DNA of 64,000 nt, taken from Candidatus Marinacidobacterales bacterium (GTDB taxonomy: Bacteria > Acidobacteriota > Vicinamibacteria > Marinacidobacterales > DATDRI01). The stretch covers positions 608,001 through 672,000 of the forward strand of contig OZ244742.1 of NCBI GenBank assembly GCA_965219415.1. The letters run 5' to 3'. The position numbers and the translations under genes were made by a program. Below the pieces are notes generated by a model. It was not told the DNA's origin. It made no database searches and was given only the letters and a program-made list of their open reading frames with translations. Positions 21,420 to 30,517 of this stretch are shown in pieces (positions within the stretch are counted from its first letter, which is position 1; every line of letters starts with the position of its first letter).

Positions 21420-22704
21420 ATGGCGGAAGAGCAGACTGTTCAGCAGACTGGCGCGACAGCGACCGCGGAACCCTATCGAATCGACGTGAAGCTCCATGAC
21501 ATTCTGACGGATCCACAAGCCAAAGAGGTGTCGCAGCCGGCTTCTCCTGGTCAGAAACTACCGGAGCCGGTCTACCCTCAGCGAGCCTATTCGGACGAGT
21601 CCGATCCCACCAAGACCGAGTACCAGAGGACGAACGCCATGCGGACGTGGCACTCGTGGGGCAAGTCATACTTTGCGTCGCGCTCGCCCAAGAACCGCAA
21701 GGAGCTCCGCCCCATCATCGCGTACTTGTTCACCGATTATAAGTGCAACCTGGATTGCCATTACTGCTGGGCATACAACAACGCCTTCAAAGGAATGACG
21801 GAAGAGACCGCCCGACACTCCATCGACTGGCTCGAGTCCATTGGCAATCGGGTGCTCGCTTTGATGGGTGGTGAGCCTCTCCTGCGGCCGGACTTCGTTC
21901 ACAAGGTCACGGACTACGCCGCGAAGAAAGGTTTCTTCGTGTACCTGCCGACCAACGGCCGCTTGATGCGCCCCGAGGTCATCGACAGGGTGGATGATGC
22001 CGGGTTGGCCGCCATCAATCTAGCCATCGATAGCGTGGCCGTGAAGCCCTCGCTACCCAAGGCGCTCGATCCCATACGCGACCACTTCGACTATATGCTG
22101 AAGCGGCAGCACCGTTACGGCTACACGGTCGCGATCAACACCAACATCTGCCGTAACAACATGGATGACGTCGTCAAGCTGACGCACATCGCCGAGGAGC
22201 ACAATATTTCGATTGACTTCCACATCAACGAGGCTCCCATGATCCAGCAAGACCACTTCAAGCATCTCGAAGTGAACGAAACCTATCTGCGGCCGGAAGA
22301 CTACGAGAAGGTAGACGACTTGCTCGATTGGATCATCGAAAGGCAACAAGGGCGGCCAGAGGATCGTGAACCCGCTCTCGCATCTCCGAGAGATGAAGAA
22401 CCTCATGCGGGGTGAAGTGAAGCAGCGCTGGAACTGCCGCGCCGGCCACAACATGCTGATCTTTCGAACGGAGGGAATGCTCGCACCTTGCTTCCCGATG
22501 TACTCCGCCAGCCACGACTGGGGTACAGTGGGGAATCACAAATTCGATCACCAGCAGCTCGACGAGATGAAAGAGGAGTGCACGAAGCGCTGCTTATCCA
22601 CTTGCAACTACATATTAGGGTTTTGCTACAACACACGGCGTGTTCTTTGGTGGGCCACGAAGCAAGCCATGCGTGGCTTCAAAGGTGTGAGCGGCAGCTT
22701 CTAG
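21420..22704 (+). pseudogene. radical SAM protein with C-terminal Cys-rich (Twitch/SPASM-like) domain, one frameshift near 22350
   Basis: CNLDCHYC, MGGEPLLR, TNG; continues in ORF 22366..22704 with CRAG..APCF..CTKRCLSTC. Confidence 0.8.
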
Positions 22705-22721
22705 CTTATCCCGCTCTCGGT

Positions 22722-22754
22722 GCCCGGGTCACTGGTTGTGGCCCGGGCTTTTTT
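22722..22754 (+). terminator. intrinsic terminator after the radical SAM gene
   Basis: gcccgggtcac-tggtt-gtggcccgggc hairpin followed by T6. Confidence 0.75.
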
Positions 22755-22757
22755 ATT

Positions 22758-24141
22758 GGGTCTACGCGGATTCGTGTGGGTTGAAAACTGCATTTCTGGG
22801 TAATGGCGGAAGGAAAGCCGCCACGATCTTCAGCTTGAGATATTCCTCGTCGCGATAGCCGTAGGCGCGTCGTTGCAGAACACGGATTTTGTTGTTGACC
22901 CCTTCAACTAGGCCGAGACTGACTTTGTTCTCCGGATGACAGTAGGAGGCGATACCATCCCAATGGGACTCAATCATACCGGCGAACTTCTGGTACGGAT
23001 GCAGGCGTTGCCATTTGAGGCTGTCTTTCCAACGGGTGAAAAAGGCGCGAGCGCCGCGTTCGGTGCGGTAATCCCAGAGTTGCCCGAAGGCCTCCTTCAA
23101 AATATAGGCGGTGTTCAGGCGCCGGTTGGCCTGGAGCAACTTTTTGAGTGCGCGGCGACCGTCTAGGCTCAGGTTCTCCCGCCGGGAAAGCAAAGTGTAA
23201 CGCTGCCCCTTGATGTACGACCGGTCCTTGCCGCTGAGGCGTTTGTACTCACCGCGCCGGACCTCATCGAGGGCCTTTGACAGATGACGCATGATATGAA
23301 ACTTGTCGAAGATGATCCGCGCATTAGGCGCGTTGTGAATCACCGAGTTCCGGAAGGGCTTCCACATATCCATGGCGGCCAGCTTGATACGGGCGCTTTT
23401 CTTTCCGCCCAGCGCCTTGAAGAACAAATCGATGTCGGTTTCTTTACGACCCTCACCGCCCACCCAGATGGGACGCGCCCGCTCCAGGTCGCTGACAATG
23501 ACGCGATAGTTATGTCCCTTGCGGATGGAGATCTCATCGACACCGATGGCCCGAGGCGCCGGTAGCCCCGCCCGGTCGACCTGCTCTTGCATGTAGAGCG
23601 TATCCAGAGCCTTCACCGTACCGTGGTGCAGACGTTCCATCTCGGCCACCGCCTTGTTCGGCATATCCCGGCACAGCTTGCCCACATGCGTCGCAAAACG
23701 CTGGGTGTAGCGCGAGTTGTTCGCCAGCCAGTCTAGGTGTTCTACATGCACACCGCCGCACCCAGAACAGTTGACGCGCCAACGCTCGTATTCCAGATAG
23801 ATCCGCCAGCCTGCCAACGACAGGTCGCGGACCCGGCACACTTGCTTGTCATAGCGCCCCCGGCACCGTTGCCCACAGTAAGAGCACACAGCTGTTTTTT
23901 TCGCCTCTTGAGCTGGATGACGCGGGCGTATCGGTCACCGAATAGACCCTTCAATCCGGCACCAACCACGAAACCTGGCAGCGCAAACAGCGAGCGGATC
24001 GACTGGGAATTTTTCACTCGGTTAGCCTATCCTAAAAATGGACCACTTTTCAGCACCTGATGAAGTACTCGATACCTTTTCCACACAATGAGTTACACTG
24101 TTTTTCCGTCAGAACTTACCCACACGAATCCGCGTAAACCC
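22758..24141 (-). mobile_element. ISL3 family insertion sequence, copy 1 (1384 bp)
   Basis: Terminal IR gggtctacgcggattcgtgtggg / cccacacgaatccgcgtaaaccc; flanks tttttatt and gttttatt (7/8 match). Confidence 0.95.
22762..24017 (-). CDS. ISL3 transposase, probably expressed via a frameshift at an A7 run
   Basis: Zn finger CSYC..CSGC, IGVDE, AMDMW, FDKFHI, EGVNNKIRVLQRRAYGYRD; N-terminal 41 aa lie in an upstream frame. Confidence 0.88.
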
Positions 24142-24148
24142 GTTTTAT

Positions 24149-24690
24149 TTACCCTGCCGAGGCTTCCTCGCGCTCCCTAGCGAAGGCAGGCTGCTCCAAG
24201 CCGTGTAGAATTAATGCGCCCCGATAGAAACACCACAACCCCAGCATTTGGATCAGGTGGTATAGGTCGTTGTAGTTGAAGTGCTGGTGAATGGAGACCT
24301 TGGTAACCATGAGCGCGATGCCAATCGCGCTCACGAGGATTCCCTTTCTGAGCCAGCTGATACCGACTTTGCGATGCTCTTGGTCGTCGGTCCTGCCCGG
24401 AGCGCCGAACGCAGCCCCGCGATGAACATCAATACCGAACCGGTACCGATGGACCATACCGTGATCGTCCAGACGATGGCCCAGTTCGCTTCGCCGAGAT
24501 AAAGGCGAAAACCGTGCGATGTCCCGCCGGCTAGCGCGGCCAGTGCCGCAACCAGAAACGCAATAACCCAGAGACCGACCGAGCCCTTCCCCGCCGCTCG
24601 GGATTTTCGCAATAGAGATATCGCCAAGAAGGCGCTCTGCCCCGCCAGCATGTAGTCCGTGATAAGGGTCATGGGCTCGGTGATGTGCAT
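24149..24690 (-). pseudogene. membrane protein (DUF6962-like), one frameshift
   Basis: EPMTLITDY, AALAGGTSHGF, then HFNYNDLYHLIQM in a second frame. Confidence 0.65.
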
Positions 24691-24695
24691 GTTGG

Positions 24696-25607
24696 TCAGT
24701 CAGCCGATTGAGTCTGAGACTTACGGCGACGCCTCCACAGCTTGCGGCTTCCCCAGAAGGCGAACAGGCCCGCTACGGCAAGAGGCACGAGGGTTCCAGT
24801 TAGCGCAATGAGCTCGGCGACAGTGAGAACGAAGTTCTCTCCCGACCGAGCGAAGGATCTCCAAAGCGTTCGGAAGACGCCGCCCCCCTGAACTACAGGA
24901 CCGGGTTCGCGCACGTTGATGGTGATCGTAGAGTAAGCGATCTGGTTGTCCCAGAGCCTCTTCCGTCCCTCCATCGCGTCGATATCTGTTCGGACACGGG
25001 CCAGCTCCCGCTCCGCCGCCAGAAGGTCGGCGAGCTTATTGGCTGGACGCTTCAGAAGCTCCACCAGCCGCTCCTCGAGCTCCTTTTGGTTGCGCATCCG
25101 CACCTCGAGATCAAAGTACTGGTCGGTGATGTCGTTTGCGGAAATAGAGACGTGCTCCACTTTGCCGAGTTTCTTGAGCTCTTCGAGGGCTTGGTCCAAC
25201 TGCTCCGAGGGAACTCGACAAGTGATAGTGCCTGACTTGGTCGCGTACTGGTCCTGACTCAACGATTCGTTCGTTACGTATCCATTCGCGGAATCCACGA
25301 GGGCTTTGATATCGGTCAATGCCTCTTCGACAGAAGAGACCTCCAAGTTCAGAAACCCGTTGCGGATGATCTTCCGCTTGTCCCCAACCGGGGCGGGTGT
25401 GGCTGGTGGCTGAGTCTGCTGCAACCTGGGTGACTCCGCCGCGACCTTCGCCGCCACCATGCCGAAACGACCGGGGGTCGGGGCGGCGGGTACGACCGAC
25501 CCCACCATGACCTGCTCCGCCATCTCTTCTTCCATTGGCGCGTCGGCGCGGTCGACACAAGACACGCCAACGCCGACCATCAGCGCCACGCACAAGAGTT
25601 TCGTCAT
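24696..25607 (-). CDS. DUF4349 domain lipoprotein
   Basis: Lipobox VSC; RKIIRNG.L.LEV, DITDQYFDLEVR, C-terminal TM helix. Confidence 0.85.
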   Translation of the reverse strand: MTKLLCVALMVGVGVSCVDRADAPMEEEMAEQVMVGSVVPAAPTPGRFGMVAAKVAAESPRLQQTQPPATPAPVGDKRKIIRNGFLNLEVSSVEEALTDIKALVDSANGYVTNESLSQDQYATKSGTITCRVPSEQLDQALEELKKLGKVEHVSISANDITDQYFDLEVRMRNQKELEERLVELLKRPANKLADLLAAERELARVRTDIDAMEGRKRLWDNQIAYSTITINVREPGPVVQGGGVFRTLWRSFARSGENFVLTVAELIALTGTLVPLAVAGLFAFWGSRKLWRRRRKSQTQSAD

Positions 25608-25706
25608 CACCGCCTCCCTGCTAAGCATACAGCTTTCCTGGCGGAAAATTCCGGGGATGAGAGATCCACTCTCCCAGCCCGTCTCCGTCCGCGTAGTGTC
25701 TAAGGA

Positions 25707-25741
25707 CTTCGGCGGGTCCGCCGAAGCTCTAGCGAAGGCGG
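25707..25741. repeat. REP-like palindromic element
   Basis: cttcggcgg-gt-ccgccgaag hairpin overlapping ccgcc..aggcgg, intergenic. Confidence 0.55.
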
Positions 25742-25775
25742 AAGGGAGAGGGATTATGGGACGAAGAAACCATCA

Positions 25776-26261
25776 TTACACGGCTTCGGCTCGATAATCC
25801 TCGTGCTGGGCAGCACTCGCCGCCACCGGGACCTTCATAACCTGCCAACAATGCGGGCACGCTACCGGTGCATCGGTGGTTCTTTCGCCTGGTTGCGCGG
25901 CATAGACAACGACAAAGCTCTTGCCGCACTTGGTGCATTGATGTTGATCGCGAGTACCCGAACCTGAAGGCGCCGCCGCGGCCAGTGAGGGAGAGTTGGC
26001 TTCCGGCTCGATGTCGGCCCGCGGCTTGGTGAGCGCTTCAACGAGAGCGTTTTGAAGGCTAATCTCGGGTGCCGTCAACGTCAGCCCTTTGTATTTGGGC
26101 TCCGGCCCGTCGATCGTCACCGACCACTCAGCACCTAGTTTGACGAGAGAGACGCTCCAGGGACCGGCTTCAGCGCGATTCCCGATCGCCTTTCTGACCG
26201 TGCGATCTACTTGTGACTTTTCATCGGCCGCGCAGCCGGCAATGAGAACCTGCAGCCCCAA
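25776..26261 (-). CDS. hypothetical protein with C-terminal zinc ribbon
   Basis: CTKC..CPHC at the C-terminus; ggaggg RBS. Confidence 0.6.
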   Translation of the reverse strand: MGLQVLIAGCAADEKSQVDRTVRKAIGNRAEAGPWSVSLVKLGAEWSVTIDGPEPKYKGLTLTAPEISLQNALVEALTKPRADIEPEANSPSLAAAAPSGSGTRDQHQCTKCGKSFVVVYAAQPGERTTDAPVACPHCWQVMKVPVAASAAQHEDYRAEAV

Positions 26262-26497
26262 TCCTTCCCTCCTTGGTCCGCCTGATCGTATCGCAATTCG
26301 CTTTGTTCGGACGACCGGTTAGCATGGGCTCCGGAGCGCAAATCTCTTGCCACATCGCCCAACCGGCCCTTGCAGACTGCCATTACCATCAGATCAAAAG
26401 CAATTCTTGTGGTAAAAAAGTAGACAACCCGATCAAGAATCCAACGTCGAACTGGCCTGGCGCCCGGCTGCATTCGCCAAGGCCTAGCCGAATAAAA

Positions 26498-27225
26498 ATG
26501 ATCCGACTATTGCCTGCGCTGGTCCTCATTTTCAAGGTGTGGCTCGTGGCCGACTCCATAAAGCGTCGCGAGGCCTGCTACTGGCCTTGGATCATCTTCT
26601 TTGTGCCATTTGGTGGCGTGGTCTATTTTTCCTTGTGAAAATCGATGACTATAATTTAGCACGGATCGGGGATATCTTTCGAAGGCCACCGTCGGTGGAA
26701 GACCTGCGCTACCACTTTCAGCAAACCCCCAGCTCGGCTAACCGCGTCACCCTCGCCCAGGGGCTCTACCACCAGGGTAACTATGAAGAAGCGGCTGAAC
26801 ACTTTACGGGGGCGCTGCGGCAGGAGCCGCAAGATCCCGAAGCTCTCTACGGTTCGGGGTTAACCGCAATTGCTCGAAAGGAATACGAGCATGCGGCCGA
26901 GCGCCTCAACACGCTACTCGAAATCGACAAGACCTACCGACAGTATGCCGTTTGGCCACCATTCGCTCACGCCCTCTTCGAAGATGGACGTCAGGAGGAA
27001 TGCCTGGGGTTTCTGAAGAGGCTGGTGGAGGCAAATCCCCGCATGCAGCACAAGGTTCTTCTTGCTGAGTATCTAGAAAAAGCCGGCCAGCCCGCCGAGG
27101 CGCGTGATGTCTTGAATGCAGCGCTCGCCGAGCATGAACGTTCACCGCGGTTTCTGAGGAGGCGCAACTTCCGCCGTGCGATGCAGGCCAAGGGCATGCT
27201 CAAGGCTCTTGGTAAGCCAGCCTAA
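26498..27225 (+). pseudogene. TPR protein with N-terminal membrane anchor, one frameshift in a T6 run near 26630
   Basis: YWPWIIFFVPFGGVVYF continuing into ..TPSSANRVTLAQGL..YEEA TPR helices. Confidence 0.75.
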
Positions 27226-28004
27226 GAGGGCGGATCGGACTCCTCGGGCTCGGGCAGGCATTCGACCCATTCCCCCTCGGTTCCCAGTCGCTCGGCCCAG
27301 ACATACCAATACTCGCCGTCATAAGACCAGTAGCCTGGCTCGACGTCGAAGCCTTTATAAGAAGTCGCCCCCCGGCATTTCCGCGACTGGTAGCATCCAC
27401 TTCGATCGTCCGGCACACGAAGAACCTGCCGCAACCCTTTTCTCCTTTTCGTGAAGTTGGGGCCACACTTCCTCCCTAGCTCCTCGCGTGCAGTATCCTC
27501 GGGATCCTCGACGTCCGCCGGTGCAGCTTCCTCGGATGACGCTGAGCAAGGACATCGATAGCCCCGCAACTTTTTCAGATTCGCTAGCCTGCTCTCATGT
27601 GTGGAATTCGGGTCGCCATAGCCATTGTCCAAGAGAAAATAGGTCAATGAGTTGAGACCATGGGTCAGTGAGATCAAGTTGGGCCGCGGATCGCAGCTCA
27701 CACAGCGACGCTCGCCATCCGGAGTGTTGCGTTCGATAATGCCATCGATACCCTGCGTGACGCTCTCCAAGATCTTCTCGATCTTCCGGCAGGTATTCAG
27801 ATTGGAGACTCCTAGACAATCAGCGACGGTTAACGAAAGGCTGAAGGCTTGTTCCAATTGCCGTCTCTTTTCGACGACGGTCTCGTACTCACCACACGAA
27901 GGACAACTCTGTCCGAAAACGGAAGGAGCTGTTAATACGACGATCGCTACAAGTGCGACGAGTCTAGCAGGGACCTCGACAACGGTGTCTCTTTTCAATG
28001 TCAT
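27222..28004 (-). CDS. secreted cysteine-rich hypothetical protein
   Basis: 260 aa, signal peptide, 12 Cys, C-terminal PGYWSYDGEYWYVW; aggag RBS. Confidence 0.65.
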   Translation of the reverse strand: MTLKRDTVVEVPARLVALVAIVVLTAPSVFGQSCPSCGEYETVVEKRRQLEQAFSLSLTVADCLGVSNLNTCRKIEKILESVTQGIDGIIERNTPDGERRCVSCDPRPNLISLTHGLNSLTYFLLDNGYGDPNSTHESRLANLKKLRGYRCPCSASSEEAAPADVEDPEDTAREELGRKCGPNFTKRRKGLRQVLRVPDDRSGCYQSRKCRGATSYKGFDVEPGYWSYDGEYWYVWAERLGTEGEWVECLPEPEESDPPS

Positions 28005-28013
28005 CTCCTCTGC

Positions 28014-29036
28014 TCAGTCGATGCGGCTACGCGGCAGCGGTCGCTCCGGCACGTCCTCCAAGAGTCCACCGTGTCCCATGGCAACGATATCCGCGCGCGT
28101 CAAACGGTCCCCGACCAGGAGTCGGGGAAGCACCCAATCCACGACGTTGACCTTCCTGCTCCTGGCGCAGCCTGGCGCACCCAGCACCGGCACATCACCA
28201 ATATAGCCCAGCATCAGAAGGTTGCCCGGATCCACCGGGGCGCCGACACACTCTACTCGCCCGCCGGCACGCTCTAGCGCACGCGGCATAATGTCTCCCA
28301 CATCCATGATCGCAGTCTCTCCCGCAAGGAGGATCAGAAGGACGCCGGCATCTCGCTGTCGTTCGATCACCGAAGCCAGCACAGACTCTCCGGAATCATC
28401 GTCCAACGTGACGTAGTCGCGTTTCGCAATGTGAGAGCCTAGGCTCCGCACCCTTTCCTCCAACGGAGAGAAGTGTTCGAAGAGCTTGTCGCGAACCGAC
28501 GGCGATCCCGAAAGGATCATCCCCACCGAGCGTGACAGGAGCTCGTCCACACGGATGAGAGGTTCTCCCTCGGTGGCGATCGCCTCGGCGCGCACGACGA
28601 TCGGTTCCGGTACCGCGTAGGGAATGACTTTGATGGTGGCCACTGCCTGACCGCGGCCCACCGCGGTGTGAGTATCGAGCGCAGCGAGCGTGACGCCTTG
28701 ACACTCGTTTAGACGGACCAGCCGACCGGTGTTCACACGAAACAACCCCTGGGTGGTAGCTAGAACGTTGACCCGACCGGTGGCGGAGCCCAAGAGTCGA
28801 AGACCATCACCCTGCGCCGCCTCTGCAACGCGACGCGCCGCCACATCCTCACCCACGTCACCGGGCTCGAGCTCGGCCACGTACGCAACGGTCCGCCCCA
28901 TCTCACGGAGCACCGCTACGTGCTCCACACTGAGAGCTTTTCCCTTCCGGAGCAACCGCCGGCCATCGCGACCGGCGACGTTGTGTCCCAGAATCTTGCC
29001 TTCGGCCCTTTCCAAAGGAACAGGACCGAACTTCAT
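28014..29036 (-). CDS. molybdopterin-binding (MoeA/MogA-like) protein
   Basis: MKFGPVPL..AEG.IL.H, ATGRVN, ATIKVIPYAV, PVDPGNLLMLG, PGCARS, DWVLPRL, MGHGGLL. Confidence 0.88.
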   Translation of the reverse strand: MKFGPVPLERAEGKILGHNVAGRDGRRLLRKGKALSVEHVAVLREMGRTVAYVAELEPGDVGEDVAARRVAEAAQGDGLRLLGSATGRVNVLATTQGLFRVNTGRLVRLNECQGVTLAALDTHTAVGRGQAVATIKVIPYAVPEPIVVRAEAIATEGEPLIRVDELLSRSVGMILSGSPSVRDKLFEHFSPLEERVRSLGSHIAKRDYVTLDDDSGESVLASVIERQRDAGVLLILLAGETAIMDVGDIMPRALERAGGRVECVGAPVDPGNLLMLGYIGDVPVLGAPGCARSRKVNVVDWVLPRLLVGDRLTRADIVAMGHGGLLEDVPERPLPRSRID

Positions 29037-29476
29037 TTTTCGAGTTTCTTTTTAACGCAAGTGAAGAACTGAGCGGTCAGTTTTTGGGTAACGGGTTTCA
29101 TGAGTCGTGCGGCAAGGCTCGCGATGGTCCCCAGCACCTTCACCTCTGCCGACCACTCCAGATCGGTAGAATCGTCGGCACCATCGGTCAACTGCATTTC
29201 GCTGGTGACGTCGATGGAGCTTCCTGGCGCCGTGCCATTCATTTTCATTTTCGCTCGGTTGGGGGCATCCAGCTCTACCCATTCCACATCGGTATTCATC
29301 TTGATCTTGACCGTACCGAGGCCCAACGCTCCAAGCGCGCGGAATTTCTTGTTCGGAGTAACGATCTCGATGGACTCGAGCCCGGGCATACACTGGCCCA
29401 CAGCCTGGGCATCGGTTAGAAAAGCCCAAACCTCCGCGCGTGACTGCGTGATGTTGACCTTTCCATCGAAATGCAT
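29033..29476 (-). CDS. coxG: CO dehydrogenase accessory protein CoxG (SRPBCC)
   Basis: VWAFLTD..VGQCMPG, V.G.IASLAARL; adjacent to the form I cluster. Confidence 0.85.
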   Translation of the reverse strand: MHFDGKVNITQSRAEVWAFLTDAQAVGQCMPGLESIEIVTPNKKFRALGALGLGTVKIKMNTDVEWVELDAPNRAKMKMNGTAPGSSIDVTSEMQLTDGADDSTDLEWSAEVKVLGTIASLAARLMKPVTQKLTAQFFTCVKKKLEK

Positions 29477-29479
29477 CGG

Positions 29480-30517
29480 CTATCGCTTCACCAAGTAGGT
29501 CTTTGGTTCCCTATCGAAGGATCGCTTACAACCGGAGCAACAGAAATAATAGACCTGGCCAGCATGATCGGAGAGATGTTGCGCTGACTCCACCTCCACG
29601 GCCATGCCGCAAACCGGATCTGTGGCTTCGGTCAGTTCCGGTGCGCGAGAAGAGGCCTCGGCATCGGTATGAGGGGCAGCCGGCTCGACGCCCATCCCTG
29701 GGATTAGGCGGCGGCGACGAATCAAAACCAGCTCCGCAAGTATGCTGACCGCGATCTCGGGTGGCGACGAAGCGCCGAGATCGATCCCCGCAGGATACTT
29801 GAGCTCCTCTAGGCGTTCCTCGGGAACACGTGCCTGGCGGAGGTCGTGTAGTACGGATTCGGCTCTCTTGCTGCTAGCGACCAATGACACATAGGCGGCC
29901 TTGGTGGCGAGAGCACCTTCCAGCGCTTCCTCATCGTAGTTGCCATGACTGGCAACTACGATCGCCGTATCGCGACCGATCCGAAGCTTAGAGAAATCGA
30001 GGTCGGTCACGATGCGATCGGCACGAGCAAATCGTTGGGGCTCCGCTTCCGGCGACATGACGGTGACCTCGTACACCATGTCCTTGCCGAGATTGACCAG
30101 GGCCTCGACAATCGGGAGATGTCCGACCGCTATGAGGTGCGGTTTGGGCAGGTGTGGCTCGAGATAGATTTCCAAGGTACCTCCGCTGACGCACGTCAGC
30201 GCCACTTCGACGACACCCTCTTTAGGTCCACTCCCCAGTTGCTCCGGCGGACAGAGTCGCACCAGCCTCGGTTGACCGTCTTCGATCGCCTTGCGCGCCT
30301 CTCGAACGACGGTCGGCTCGGCACAACTTCCTCCCACCCAGCCAACCAACGTTCCATCGTCGGTGACGATCGCCTTCGCCCCCGGCTTCGCGGACGTCGG
30401 ACGTTCGGCGCGAACTACGGTCGCGATGACAAAGGACTTTCCCCTTTCCTTCAGGAGCCTCGCCGCTTCTATGTAATCTCCTAGCAATTTATTCCTCCAA
30501 GGCGACGCCCTTTTCAT
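29480..30517 (-). CDS. XdhC/CoxF family protein with C-terminal YHS domain
   Basis: PTSAKPGAKA, GWVGGSCAEP, CVSGGTLEIY, C-terminal DPVCGM..YYFCCSGC; start uncertain. Confidence 0.88.
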   Translation of the reverse strand: MKRASPWRNKLLGDYIEAARLLKERGKSFVIATVVRAERPTSAKPGAKAIVTDDGTLVGWVGGSCAEPTVVREARKAIEDGQPRLVRLCPPEQLGSGPKEGVVEVALTCVSGGTLEIYLEPHLPKPHLIAVGHLPIVEALVNLGKDMVYEVTVMSPEAEPQRFARADRIVTDLDFSKLRIGRDTAIVVASHGNYDEEALEGALATKAAYVSLVASSKRAESVLHDLRQARVPEERLEELKYPAGIDLGASSPPEIAVSILAELVLIRRRRLIPGMGVEPAAPHTDAEASSRAPELTEATDPVCGMAVEVESAQHLSDHAGQVYYFCCSGCKRSFDREPKTYLVKR

